Virus record (IMG/VR): IMGVR_UViG_3300043384_000025
Span: 1 to 52,676 of that record
Source of the DNA: a virus
Taxonomy: Duplodnaviria; Caudoviricetes
Strand: one strand, 5' to 3'
DNA length: 52,676 bases
Shown here: positions 1-9,235 of the stretch, piece after piece
Numbering within the stretch: position 1 is the stretch's first letter
How the letters are laid out: each line of letters opens with the position of its first letter
Notes under the pieces: generated by a model
What the model saw: only the letters and a program-made list of their open reading frames with translations
The model's database searches: none
What the model was told of the DNA's origin: nothing
Program-made: the position numbers and the translations under genes

Positions 1-1992
1 CTGACCGTCAGTCTTCAGGTCGCAGAAGTAGACCGCCGCGTCGACGGCGCCGTGGATCGCGCTGGACCCGCGCATGCGTTGGCCAGGGCGTCGGCCATCG
101 GTGTCGGGGTGCGACTTGGCGACGTGGTGAACGAAGAGGACTGAGCACCCGAGCACGTCGCGGATCGCGCGCAGCATGGCCATGACCGAGCCCATGGCGG
201 TCGAGTCGTTTTCGTCCGCGCCGTGCAGGTCTCGCAAGGGGTCGAGGATGAGCAGCGCGGGCGTCTGGGGCAGCGCGCGCGCCGCGCAGATCAAGTCGGC
301 GATGGACTCGGCGCTGGTGAGGTCGATCGTCTCGCGACAGATCACGTGAATCGGTGCTTGGGTGATGTCGAGTCCGCGGTTCTTGGCGAGGGCGCGAATT
401 CGCCGCTTCACGGAGCTGCGATCGTCCTCGGCGCAGAAGATCGCGACAGGCGCGGCCGCGTGTACGACGTACTCCCCGAAGACGGGCGTCGCGGTGGCGA
501 CTCCAACGCCGATCTCGAGCACAGACCACGTCTTCGCGGCCTTTGGCTCGCCCGACGCGGTCGCCACGCCCTGAGATGGCAGGAGCCCTGACACGAGCCA
601 GTCGATCCCAGGATCCTCCTCTGCGAGCAGCTCGGCGATCGAGGTGAACTTGAGGCGTCGCCGTCCGGTCGCGGCCCCCAGGCGCCCGCGGATGTCGGCG
701 AGGGCCTTGGCGAGGTCGGGGTCCTGCGGATCTCCGCGCTTGGCGCCTCGGGCATCGCCGGTGGAGCGCTGGCCTGGCGTGTGCCATGTGGCGGTCACGC
801 CAGGGTGCGCGGTCTCATCGCCATCGTCAGAGCCAGGCTCACGTCCGGTAGGCACGAGCGAGAGGTGGCCCCGTGCTGCGCGGAGCTCAAGGGGCTCGTC
901 GTCGTCGGTCACCATCGGCGGTTCCTCGCGTGGCGTAGTGCTCGAAGCGCTCGATCGGTCCGCGAGGTAGCCCTCGGTGCGCAGGTGTTCAGTGGGCGTG
1001 CGACCGCGAGCGAAGGCGTCGAGGTCGAGCGCATCGCCGGAGTGGTAGGTCCCGTCGTCCGATTTGTGGCCGCAGTCGTCGGGGTGATCGGTGTTGAAGC
1101 ACGACCACCTGGTCGCGTTGTGCTTCGAGCGGCCGAAGCACGAGCACCCGCCCTCGCCACAGCAGACGGGGCAGCACGAGCCTCCAGCGCGGCCCCAGTC
1201 GCGGGTGTGCTCCGAGTTGTAGGCGGCGAGCGCCTCGGCGAAGAGCGCGCTGGCGGCGGGGCTCGTAGTGCGCCGTGCGGGCTCTGGCGAGGCGAGGCCG
1301 AGGAAGCGGCGCAGGACGGGGATGTAAAGCGGCGGCGTGAGTTGGGGGACGACGTCCGGGGCGGCGAGGTAGCCCTCGAGCAGATCAGGCGCTCGGCGCT
1401 TCAGGAGCGTTGCGGCCGCGAGGTGGCCGGCGAGGCGCCGCAGCTCGGCGGCATCGATCCGTGTTGGTTCGGTCGGGCCTTCCTCCCAGGCGATGGGCTC
1501 GCCGCTCTTGTGGATCGACGGTGGGAAGACGGTCTGCATCCCGGTGCTGCGCAGCTCGAGCAGCGTGTGCAGCTTCGGCTTGCCTTGGGAGGTGAGATCC
1601 GCCGGGTCGGGTTCGAGGAACTTCGTGGTGACGGCGCCCTCGGCGATGAAGAGCCAGTGCGAGCGGCGCGAGCTTGGCCGGCCGAAGGTTGCGGTGACCG
1701 GCAGGACGCGCGCCACGAGCTCGCGAGCCTCGGGGGTGTCGAGGTCGAGATCCACGAGCCAGCCGCTTGGCTCGCCGAGGAGGATTCCGAGGTTGAGCGG
1801 TTGGCCGTTGAAGTAGCGCGGGAGGTCGCGCTCGCAGAGGCGGAGGGCCTGCCAGGCGTCGAGCTTGCGCCCGAGCTCGTCGACCGGGAACTTCTCGCGG
1901 AAGCCGACCGCGAGCACCACCCGCCCTGCCTTGAGGTGGCGAAGGGCCTCGGCTCGCACGTTGGCATTGGGGTCGGAGGCGGGCTCGGTCAT
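1..1992 (-). CDS. Bifunctional primase-polymerase fused to AAA_25/RepA-type helicase (partial, runs off the left edge)
   Basis: Not in the ORF track because it has no stop in the window. Manual translation from ATG 1992 gives Prim-Pol motifs (NLGILLGEPSGWLVDLDLD, SHWLF, TVFPPSIHKSG). The same frame gives Walker A GEPKAAKT, LLILDPL and VHHVAK...RMRGSSA near the left end. Confidence 0.88.
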   Translation of the reverse strand, partial: MTEPASDPNANVRAEALRHLKAGRVVLAVGFREKFPVDELGRKLDAWQALRLCERDLPRYFNGQPLNLGILLGEPSGWLVDLDLDTPEARELVARVLPVTATFGRPSSRRSHWLFIAEGAVTTKFLEPDPADLTSQGKPKLHTLLELRSTGMQTVFPPSIHKSGEPIAWEEGPTEPTRIDAAELRRLAGHLAAATLLKRRAPDLLEGYLAAPDVVPQLTPPLYIPVLRRFLGLASPEPARRTTSPAASALFAEALAAYNSEHTRDWGRAGGSCCPVCCGEGGCSCFGRSKHNATRWSCFNTDHPDDCGHKSDDGTYHSGDALDLDAFARGRTPTEHLRTEGYLADRSSASSTTPREEPPMVTDDDEPLELRAARGHLSLVPTGREPGSDDGDETAHPGVTATWHTPGQRSTGDARGAKRGDPQDPDLAKALADIRGRLGAATGRRRLKFTSIAELLAEEDPGIDWLVSGLLPSQGVATASGEPKAAKTWSVLEIGVGVATATPVFGEYVVHAAAPVAIFCAEDDRSSVKRRIRALAKNRGLDITQAPIHVICRETIDLTSAESIADLICAARALPQTPALLILDPLRDLHGADENDSTAMGSVMAMLRAIRDVLGCSVLFVHHVAKSHPDTDGRRPGQRMRGSSAIHGAVDAAVYFCDLKTDGQ

Positions 1993-2021
1993 GGAAGTCT
2001 CGGCGCGACCAGCGCGCGGGT

Positions 2022-2444
2022 TCAGCGGTGACATCGGCTGCGATGGGCGTCGGCGAGCTCGACGGCCTGGGCGACGGTGCGGGCGACGCCGTAGAACGCG
2101 CCGGAGGGTGCGACCTGGGCGGCGAAGGCGAGCTGGACGTCGCTGACGACGCCGCCGCGGGGACGCTTCACTTCCACGGCGACCAGCAAGCCGCAGAGCC
2201 TGCAAAAACCCAGAATGTCCGGGGAGCCCTCGAGGCCGAATTGCACGAGGCGGCCGCGGTAGAAGACCTGGCGGCCGTGGAGCATGCCGGCCGGGAAGGA
2301 CTGGAAGAGCGAGCCGCTGTTGTTGCGCCACACCAGGAACCCGCGCCGAGAGAGCTCGACGAGGATGCCCTTCTTGACCGCGTCCTCGGTCGTCGCGTCG
2401 GCGAAGGCTGGAGCGGCCTCGGGAGCGCTGGTGCGAGAGGTCAT
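2022..2444 (-). CDS. VRR-NUC family nuclease (resolvase-like)
   Basis: GLEGSPDILG...VAVEVKRPRGG..SDVQ motif; ATG 2444 overlaps the upstream stop. Confidence 0.8.
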   Translation of the reverse strand: MTSRTSAPEAAPAFADATTEDAVKKGILVELSRRGFLVWRNNSGSLFQSFPAGMLHGRQVFYRGRLVQFGLEGSPDILGFCRLCGLLVAVEVKRPRGGVVSDVQLAFAAQVAPSGAFYGVARTVAQAVELADAHRSRCHR

Positions 2445-2698
2445 AGGACGAGGAGACCCTTTCCGCCCGATTTGGGGACAGGGAGTTGCTCCAGGAGGAT
2501 TCGGGCTTCCGCTACGAAGTTCCAGTCTCTCGTCGCGAGCGCTGCATCCAGCGCCGATATGGCGGTATTGACCTGGACGTCGAGGGGACAGTCCCCTGGT
2601 GCCGCGAGACCGAGAGATCGATCCTGCTTGTCTCGTCTGGCGCAGGTCTCGCGGGCCTTTGCCAGCAATGCGCCAACATCGCGAACGCTGGTGCTCAT
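2441..2698 (-). CDS. Hypothetical protein
   Basis: 85 aa, 4-nt overlaps with both neighbours. Confidence 0.55.
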   Translation of the reverse strand: MSTSVRDVGALLAKARETCARRDKQDRSLGLAAPGDCPLDVQVNTAISALDAALATRDWNFVAEARILLEQLPVPKSGGKGLLVL

Positions 2699-3183
2699 GC
2701 CACACCGCCAGAGCGCTTCCCGAACTTGCGATCGCGGTAGGTCTTCAGCTCTCGGGCGTGAGCGTAGTTGCCGGCACCCATTCGCTCGTGCTCACGAATC
2801 TTCTCGGAGAGTTGCTGGTAACTCATCGATTCGATGGGGCTGACTCCGACCTCTCCATCGCGCTCTGTGGGGTAGGACTTCTGCAGGTACTTGAAACCAC
2901 CGCCGACCAGGTCCATCTGATCGGGATCCGCCTGAGCACCGCGCTGTTTCAGCGTAGAGATCGCCTTAAGCACGTAGACATGGGCCGCGGTGTGTATGGA
3001 GGTCATCGCGCGCCCCCGGAGCGGCCCGTCCTCCACCAGCGCCGGCTTCAGATTGCCGATCAATACCTGGACGATCCATGCCTTCGGGATGAAATCGACG
3101 CCAGGATTCTGCTTGATGAGCAATTCCCAGGCCTCTCGAGCCTCTCGCACCATCTGCTTCTCTGACACCATCTCTTCTCTCAT
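2695..3183 (-). CDS. Hypothetical protein
   Basis: ATG 3183 after GGAGG, coupled to the upstream stop; lower GC than flanks. Confidence 0.65.
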   Translation of the reverse strand: MREEMVSEKQMVREAREAWELLIKQNPGVDFIPKAWIVQVLIGNLKPALVEDGPLRGRAMTSIHTAAHVYVLKAISTLKQRGAQADPDQMDLVGGGFKYLQKSYPTERDGEVGVSPIESMSYQQLSEKIREHERMGAGNYAHARELKTYRDRKFGKRSGGVA

Positions 3184-3947
3184 TTGACCTCCCTTGCCTT
3201 CGCCGCGAATTCGCCCAACCACCGCACCAGAAAGAGAGCGCTATCAATGGATTCGTCGCGTTGAAACGGGAGCATCCCGCGCACGATGACGGCCGGCGCG
3301 CGCGTCCGATCCTCGAGCAGGCGGGCCAGTTCATTGATCGGCCCGAGCGTATGGATCGCCCGGTGATAATCCTCACGATTGCGCCCTTGAAGGTCGAGCC
3401 ACGGCTTGGGCTTCTTCGCCGTTCCCCGTTCGACCAAGTCTTCAATGGTCGGTGGCACCTTGGTGTCGTCGTCCACATCCGCAGCGAATTCGGCCGCCGG
3501 GATCTTCGCGACCCGGAGTGCGTCCTTCGTCTGGTCGCGCGACAGTCCGGCGGCTTTGGCGACCTGGGCGCGGGCGGAAGCAAGGTGGGGGACGGGGTCT
3601 CCACCTTGCTTGTTCGCTCCACCGCCGTACGCCTTCGCCGGGATCGACGCGAGCAGCTCGCCGCACCGGCGTATCGCCCGAGCGCGGATGCGGGTAGCAA
3701 AATACTCGAGCGACTTGTCCTCGGCTTGCCGCGCATAGCTGGCCATCGCTGCGGCCTTCTTGGCCCAGGAGGAGCACTCGTCGACCGAAGCACACTCGGC
3801 GAGCGCCGCCTTCGCTGCTTCGTACTTGGCCGGCAGTGGTGCGCTGTTGGTGTTCAGCGTGGTAGCGAGCCGCATCTCCTCGGCTTCCACTTCCGACACG
3901 GCAACAGGGCGTGAACCAGGCATGGCGCCTCCTTGGTGTTGCATCAC
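3180..3947 (-). CDS. Hypothetical phage protein (helical, possible DNA-binding)
   Basis: 255 aa coupled ORF; AAAMASYARQA...RIRARAIRRCGELL segment resembles a recurring phage helical domain. Confidence 0.65.
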   Translation of the reverse strand: MMQHQGGAMPGSRPVAVSEVEAEEMRLATTLNTNSAPLPAKYEAAKAALAECASVDECSSWAKKAAAMASYARQAEDKSLEYFATRIRARAIRRCGELLASIPAKAYGGGANKQGGDPVPHLASARAQVAKAAGLSRDQTKDALRVAKIPAAEFAADVDDDTKVPPTIEDLVERGTAKKPKPWLDLQGRNREDYHRAIHTLGPINELARLLEDRTRAPAVIVRGMLPFQRDESIDSALFLVRWLGEFAAKAREVK

Positions 3948-4507
3948 TTCGGGTGCGAGAACGTCACGACAGCGGACGGGAACGGCGCTGGGTCGAGCTT
4001 CTTGCCGGCGAGCTCGAAGCTCACCCGACCGGAGAGCAATCGGATCTCGATGCCGAGCGTCGCGGAGTCGAGCGAGATCCGAACGTCGAGCTCGTCGAGG
4101 CCGTAGTAGGCGCCGCGGAGCTGGCCGTCAGGGGTCCAGATGCTCTCGAACCAGTAGGCGGTCTCGACCCGAGCCGGTATCAGGCAGGAGATGAGCACCG
4201 GATAGGCGATGGCCGAGGCGCGAGCTTTCTTGATCCAGCGGTCGATGTGGCGCCCATACGGTGGATTGAGCCAGAACCGCTCGGCATTGAGGCACTCGGG
4301 CGACCACACCTGCGCGAGGGCGTCCTGGCCACGCGAGAGGAAGCGCCGGCACATGGCGTTCGCGCCCGAGGCCGCGAGGTCCATCTGATAGCAGCCATGG
4401 ATCGCGCTGAGGCGATCGAAGAGCACCCGCGGCGTCGACCACTCCTCTTTCTCGAGCGAGTCGGTCGCCGAGGTCATCACCAATCGCGCGTGCGACGGGG
4501 TCGTCAT
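3944..4507 (-). CDS. Phage DNA N6-adenine methyltransferase (Dam-like)
   Basis: EWSTP, MDLAAS, WLNPPYG and LIPARVET motifs. Confidence 0.85.
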   Translation of the reverse strand: MTTPSHARLVMTSATDSLEKEEWSTPRVLFDRLSAIHGCYQMDLAASGANAMCRRFLSRGQDALAQVWSPECLNAERFWLNPPYGRHIDRWIKKARASAIAYPVLISCLIPARVETAYWFESIWTPDGQLRGAYYGLDELDVRISLDSATLGIEIRLLSGRVSFELAGKKLDPAPFPSAVVTFSHPK

Positions 4508-6909
4508 GGCGCCACCTTGCGAGGCCGGGAGACGAACTCGGCTCGCCACGCCTTCGCTCCGTGGGGCCAGTGCTTGTAGCGGCTCATCCACCGGATCTCG
4601 GCCCACCCGCGCTTGTACGCGCGCTGCCGCTCGACGCCGAGGAGGTAGAAGAAGTACCCGCGAGCCTGCTCGGGCGTTGCCGGCGGCGGCTTCGCGGAGC
4701 GCTCAATGTCAGCGAGCGAGACCGCGACCCCACGCGCGTTGCGAACGAGCCGCCGCTTGACAGGGTTCACGAAGCCGCAGAGCGGGCAGGAGGCGCCGTC
4801 CGCGAGGTAGACCGCGAAGCACTTGCGACAGGTTCGTAAGGCCGCGCTCGCCTCGCCCTTGCCCTTCTCGCCGACGCCGACCCGGAAGTCACCGGCGAGG
4901 GACCAGACGCGCGGCTCGTCAGGCAAACCGTGCTGGAAGAGCACCCCGGCGTGGTCGTGGAGCCTGGCAAAGCGCTTCGTGACGGGCAGGCCGCAGGCGC
5001 AGTCCTCGTGGCGCCAGTGAGGGATCCGGCCGCAGGTGCACGGGACCGGGCGGCGACCGCGGCCGACCATCTGGATCGCGAGCGCCAGGGACAGCGTCGG
5101 CCGGGCGAGGATCACCGTCTCGATCGCCGGGAGGTCGATGCCCTCCGAGAACAGGCCCACGTTGCAGAGGACCCTGGTTGTGCCGGCGCGGAACGCCTCG
5201 AAGATGCGCTTGCGCAGCGGCCGCGGAGTCTCACCGTCGAGGTGCTGGGCCGTCACGCCGGCCGCGGCGAACTGGAGCGCCAGCTGCCGCGAGTGCGCGA
5301 CGTTCACGGCGAACACGAGCGCCCGGGTCCCGCGAGCGCGCTCCTGGTACTGCTCGACGACGTTCCCCCGGAGGCGCGAGCTGCCCATGAGGTCGGCGAG
5401 CTCGGCGCCGTCGAAGTCGCCGGCGGTCCTGCGCACGCCGCGCAGGTCCGGGGCGTCGTAGGCGAAGCCGCGCACGGGGACCAGGTGACCCGCGTCGACG
5501 AGCTCGGCAGGCTTCACGAGCTCGACGAGCTCCTCGAAGATGTCGCCGAGAGGGGCGCCGCTGAGCCGGCACGGGCTCGCGGTCGACCCGAGGATCGCGC
5601 TCGAGGGGTAGTGGTCGAGGATCTCGCGCCAGCTCGAGGCCGATGCGTGGTGGCAGTTGTGGACGAGGAAGCCGTTCACGAAGTAGGCGTGCGTCCCCGC
5701 GACCTCAAGGTTGTAGACCTTGCGGCCTGGACACATGCCTCCAAACGTTCCATCACTTCCCGGTTCGAGAACCTCAGTACGGTCCACCCGAGCCCACGCA
5801 AGAAGGTGGCCTTCTTCTCGTCCTTGGCCTTCGTCGCGATGGCGCAGTGAGAGGCGCCATCCACCTCGACCGCTGTCCTTGAGGCTGGGTGCGCGATGTC
5901 GATCTTGTAGCAGGTTGGGAACATCGACCTCCGAGGCCGCCCCGTGTTCACGGCGAACTCGGCGAACCAGCCAACCCCCAGCGATCGCAACAGCGTCAAC
6001 TGAGGAAGCGGAAGAGCTCGTCCGTTGCCGCCCTGCTGAAGAGGGCGGTGGCCGATCTCTCGAAGCCTGTCGCTCACTCTCTGGCGGACGTCCTCTAGCC
6101 TCATCGGATTGCGGGCCTTCATTCTGGCCGAGGCATAGAGACGGTTCGTTCTCGCCATGGCTGCCGAGCTGCTCCGTGCGACTACGAGTCTTTTGTGCTC
6201 CTCCGAGCAGTAGGCGCGTGCGGATCTCTTCCATAAAGACCATCGCCACCGCTGCGATGTCGTCGTCAGTTGGACGGGAGCTCCACACCAGGTGCATGCG
6301 GCTACACAGGACAGCATCGTCGACCTCCAGCGCTCTGGCCTCTCGCCAGCCGCGCGCCGTGAAGAAGGGGTGGTTCGGGGTGCAGCGGATCTCGGTGCCG
6401 TCGATCACCAGCCGCAAGAGCGCCCGCGGGGCGCTGCAGAACACTCGCAGGACCCGGCTTCGCACCATCCGGCCGGTCGCCTCGTCGAACGAGAGAACCG
6501 GATCGCCCTCTCGAAGCGATTCGATCGGCCGTCCGTCAACCAGTGATCCGGCCGGGAAGCACTCATCCACGAGTACGATGTCCGCCGGCGGCTTGTCCCG
6601 GCGGGCCAACGTCTGGACCGAGGCGACCTGGATTGGGCGCTCGGGGTGCTCTTCGACCCCGGCGAGGATCACGCCCGGCGGCTCGCCCGTCTCCTGGCCG
6701 ACGCGCTCGGCGAGGTCCTCGACGAGCTCGCGGCGGTGCGTGAGGGCGAGCCCGCGGTTCCCCTTGCGGACGGTGGACGCGAGGATGTGGGCGAGCACGG
6801 TGCCCTTGCCGGCGCCGCAGGGCGCGACGAAGACGATGCGGCGGCGGCCGGAGTTGACGAGCGACCTGCAGCGCTCGACGGTCGCGAGCTGGTAGGGTCG
6901 GAGGACCAC
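4504..6909 (-). CDS. SF2 DEAD/DEAH-box helicase with intein and C-terminal Zn finger
   Basis: LRPYQ, APCGAGKG, SVQTL, DE|CH split by the intein, TASPCR, SEGIDLP, QMVGRGRR, CxxC-CxxC. Confidence 0.92.
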   Translation of the reverse strand: MVLRPYQLATVERCRSLVNSGRRRIVFVAPCGAGKGTVLAHILASTVRKGNRGLALTHRRELVEDLAERVGQETGEPPGVILAGVEEHPERPIQVASVQTLARRDKPPADIVLVDECFPAGSLVDGRPIESLREGDPVLSFDEATGRMVRSRVLRVFCSAPRALLRLVIDGTEIRCTPNHPFFTARGWREARALEVDDAVLCSRMHLVWSSRPTDDDIAAVAMVFMEEIRTRLLLGGAQKTRSRTEQLGSHGENEPSLCLGQNEGPQSDEARGRPPESERQASRDRPPPSSAGRQRTSSSASSVDAVAIAGGWLVRRVRREHGAASEVDVPNLLQDRHRAPSLKDSGRGGWRLSLRHRDEGQGREEGHLLAWARVDRTEVLEPGSDGTFGGMCPGRKVYNLEVAGTHAYFVNGFLVHNCHHASASSWREILDHYPSSAILGSTASPCRLSGAPLGDIFEELVELVKPAELVDAGHLVPVRGFAYDAPDLRGVRRTAGDFDGAELADLMGSSRLRGNVVEQYQERARGTRALVFAVNVAHSRQLALQFAAAGVTAQHLDGETPRPLRKRIFEAFRAGTTRVLCNVGLFSEGIDLPAIETVILARPTLSLALAIQMVGRGRRPVPCTCGRIPHWRHEDCACGLPVTKRFARLHDHAGVLFQHGLPDEPRVWSLAGDFRVGVGEKGKGEASAALRTCRKCFAVYLADGASCPLCGFVNPVKRRLVRNARGVAVSLADIERSAKPPPATPEQARGYFFYLLGVERQRAYKRGWAEIRWMSRYKHWPHGAKAWRAEFVSRPRKVAP
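5656..6561 (-). mobile_element. Intein (302 aa) inserted in helicase motif II
   Basis: Begins CFPAGSLV, block B CTPNHPF, ends VYNLEVAGTHAYFVNGFLVHN followed by Cys. Splicing restores VDE-CHH. Confidence 0.93.
5676..6317 (-). CDS. Vsr/DUF559-like endonuclease nested out of frame inside the intein (putative homing endonuclease)
   Basis: 213 aa with its own GGAGG 6 nt before the ATG. N-terminal CxxC...YCS, NPM...VRQRVS DNA-binding-like segment, and YKIDIA...AVEVDGASH...DEKK..FLRGLGWTVLRFSN. Confidence 0.82.
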   Translation of the reverse strand: MLSCVAACTWCGAPVQLTTTSQRWRWSLWKRSARAYCSEEHKRLVVARSSSAAMARTNRLYASARMKARNPMRLEDVRQRVSDRLREIGHRPLQQGGNGRALPLPQLTLLRSLGVGWFAEFAVNTGRPRRSMFPTCYKIDIAHPASRTAVEVDGASHCAIATKAKDEKKATFLRGLGWTVLRFSNREVMERLEACVQAARSTTLRSRGRTPTS

Positions 6910-6922
6910 GATGGGGTCCCGT

Positions 6923-7177
6923 CTACCCGGTCGACGCGAGCACCGCGGCGATCAATCGGTGGACGCGGCCCGGGAGAACCCGTACAAGGGCGCGCAAAGT
7001 CTCGAGCGTCGGATCCGCGCGCCCCCTCTCGGCGCGGTTGACGGCTGTTCTCGAGATCGCCGCGCGCCGTGCGAGCTCGCCCTGTGACCAGCCCGCCTTA
7101 CGACGCGCGTTTCTTATGACGTCGGGGAGCCGCGGTGTCGCAACCGACTCCGGGTCTCTTCGCGAGCGCTTATGCAT
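6923..7177 (-). CDS. Cro-like XRE helix-turn-helix regulator
   Basis: IRNARRKAGWSQGELARRAAISRTAVNRAERG; divergent from the second HTH gene. Confidence 0.85.
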   Translation of the reverse strand: MHKRSRRDPESVATPRLPDVIRNARRKAGWSQGELARRAAISRTAVNRAERGRADPTLETLRALVRVLPGRVHRLIAAVLASTG

Positions 7178-7186
7178 GGGCCGAGC

Positions 7187-7204
7187 TGTATCCAACGCGG
7201 TACA
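7187..7204. promoter_or_regulatory. Putative repressor operator TGTA-N10-TACA in the cro promoter
   Basis: TGTAtccaacgcggTACA, overlapping a minus-strand TTGCGA-N18-TACAGC promoter-like pair. Same palindrome at 8293 and 23215. Confidence 0.55.
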
Positions 7205-7256
7205 ACTTTCGCAAGGCCCCTTTGGGCGCGCACGGTACAGCGCGCGAGGTACAACC

Positions 7257-7760
7257 ATGGCACGATCTCGACGGCGGAAATCGAAGGGGAGAGGTCGAGC
7301 CACCGTGACCACCAAAGTGACCAAACACCCAAGGCGGCCGCTGTCGCCGCTGGGTCTCGCTGTCCAGAAGTTGCGTCACGAGTCAGGCCTGTCACAGGAG
7401 CGGCTTGCCGCGCTCGCGCGTATCGGCAGAACCACGATCGCCAAGCTAGAGACCGGCAGGAGCCAGACCATGACGATGGAGTCGCTGCAGAAGATCGCGC
7501 CGGCCTTGGGCACGACGGTCACCTCGATCTTGGCGATGGAGCCGGCAAGCGCCCCAGAGTCAGTCCGCAAGTCCGTCAGTCGGTTCGTCAGCAGCTACCT
7601 CTTGTCCCCCTGGGCGCTGCGCGACAAGCCGACCGAAGCCGAGAAGGCGAGGCTGCGGAAGATGGTGCCCGACAGCTTGACGGCGCGCGCACCAGTCGAC
7701 CTAGAGCCGTGGGCGGTTCACCTTCTCCTGATGTGGATCCGAGAGTGGGACCCCTGCTGA
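7257..7760 (+). CDS. CI-like XRE repressor
   Basis: VQKLRHESGLSQERLAALARIGRTTIAKLETG helix-turn-helix; ATG 7257 has no obvious RBS. Confidence 0.82.
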   Translation: MARSRRRKSKGRGRATVTTKVTKHPRRPLSPLGLAVQKLRHESGLSQERLAALARIGRTTIAKLETGRSQTMTMESLQKIAPALGTTVTSILAMEPASAPESVRKSVSRFVSSYLLSPWALRDKPTEAEKARLRKMVPDSLTARAPVDLEPWAVHLLLMWIREWDPC

Positions 7761-8283
7761 CCCAGTGGTCGGACTCAGAGTCCGTGTTACAGGCTCGGTG
7801 AGTGTATCGAGTGTGTATCGGGAATGCGCAACTGTTCTCCGGCCATCCCTTGGCTTGGAGTCCGGGTGGCACACGCTGTGTGCAGAATGCGCGGCAGCCG
7901 TTACACTGGGGGCCGACCTACGCTTGGATCGGGGGCTGCCAGTGTCGTCAAAGTCAGGCTTGGTATTCTCGACGCAGAGGCTCACGGTCATCATCAGCGA
8001 GCGACTCCGCCCAGAGCAGTCGCAGATCTGGGCCGGCGGCCGCATCGTCGTCGTCGGGCCAGGCCCAAGGGCAGCGGAGCGCGCCGAGTACGCGCTGCGA
8101 ACCTGGCGGCTCTGCGAACGGGCCACCGAGCTCGATGAAGCGGCGGGTCGGAAGGCCGCGACGCTGAGTCGTTGAATAGCTGACGTTCTGTAGTTCCCCC
8201 TGGAACAACAGCCGAACCTGACCAGTCCCCACTGGCAACGGCTCCGTTGTGTCCAGCACGCCCACAAGATTTGAGCCTGGCAC

Positions 8284-8312
8284 TTGCGCGAATGTACCGC
8301 GCTAGCTACAAC
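8284..8312 (+). promoter_or_regulatory. Putative early promoter with operator
   Basis: TTGCGC-N17-TACAAC overlapping TGTAccgcgctagcTACA (8293-8310), upstream of the plus-strand operon. Confidence 0.5.
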
Positions 8313-8345
8313 GCACGCTCCACTGCATCTGCGCGGGCGGGCCCC

Positions 8346-9230
8346 ATGAGTGGCGTCCAGAGCGACTATCGAGAGCAGCCTGGCGCGCACTACTCCACGC
8401 TCAAGGAACTGGGGCGCTCCGCTCGCCACTTCGCCTGGCTCGAGGCGCACGATCGCGAGCCGACCGCCGCCCTCGGCGTCGGGATCGCGACTCACCTCGC
8501 GGTGCTCGAGCCTGAGAAGTTCGCCGAGCGCGTGGTGATCTGGGGGCGCCAACTCGGCAGGCGCTCGGGGTCGATCTGGGCGAAGTTCAAGGGCTCCGCG
8601 GATCGGCGCGACCAGATCGTCCTGACCGAGGACGAGCACGACGAGGTGCTCGCGCTTGCTCGCGCGGTTCGTTCGAGCCCCCAGGCCAGGCCGCTGCTCA
8701 CCGACCCGAGCGGCGAGGCCGAGAAGGCGATCGCCTGGGTCGACGGCGAGACGGGGATCCAGTGCAAGGCCCGTCTCGACTGGGTGTGCGGCGCGGGAAT
8801 CGCAGACCTGAAAACCACGCGCGACGCGAGCCCCGACGGCTTCGCGCGCGAGTGCGCGCGCTACGGCTACCACAGGCAGGCTGCGTTCTACGTTGACGGC
8901 TACACCGCTGCTCAATGCCCGCGCGGAGGCTTGGTGTCCGCGACCCACCGGCAGGCGGCGTTCTCGATCATCGCCGTCGAGAAGGCACCGCCGTACGTCG
9001 TCCAGGTCTACCGCGTCGCCGGCGACGTGCTCGAGCTCGGCCGCGCGGAGATGCGGAGCTACCTGCGCCAGCTCGCTCAGCTGCAACGGCTCCCGCAGGA
9101 CCAATGGCCGGGCTACGCCGACGAGCCGCTCGACCTGTACCTGCCGCGGTGGGCGATGCCGCGGGAGGACGCGCTCGGCGACCTCGGGCTCGACGCGACT
9201 GGTCTCGACGACGCCACGAAGGAGGACTGA
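8346..9230 (+). CDS. PD-(D/E)XK exonuclease (ExoVIII/DUF3799-like)
   Basis: GIATHLAVLEPEKF, CKARLDW, IADLKTT, YGYHRQAAFY, IIAVEK, WPGY. Contains solo repeat S1 in frame. Confidence 0.88.
   Translation: MSGVQSDYREQPGAHYSTLKELGRSARHFAWLEAHDREPTAALGVGIATHLAVLEPEKFAERVVIWGRQLGRRSGSIWAKFKGSADRRDQIVLTEDEHDEVLALARAVRSSPQARPLLTDPSGEAEKAIAWVDGETGIQCKARLDWVCGAGIADLKTTRDASPDGFARECARYGYHRQAAFYVDGYTAAQCPRGGLVSATHRQAAFSIIAVEKAPPYVVQVYRVAGDVLELGRAEMRSYLRQLAQLQRLPQDQWPGYADEPLDLYLPRWAMPREDALGDLGLDATGLDDATKED
8909..8944 (+). repeat. Solo CRISPR repeat S1, in frame in the exonuclease gene
   Basis: TGCTCAATGCCCGCGCGGAGGCTTGGTGTCCGCGAC, 32/36 identical to the array consensus. Confidence 0.93.
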
Positions 9231-9235
9231 AGCCC

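Noticed and set aside
7187-7204. LexA/SOS box
   Set aside because: The spacing (TGTA-N10-TACA) does not fit the 16-bp CTGT-N8-ACAG box; a phage operator is more likely.
7765-8175. ORF downstream of the repressor
   Set aside because: No clear RBS or motif and several competing frames. It may be real but I cannot support it.
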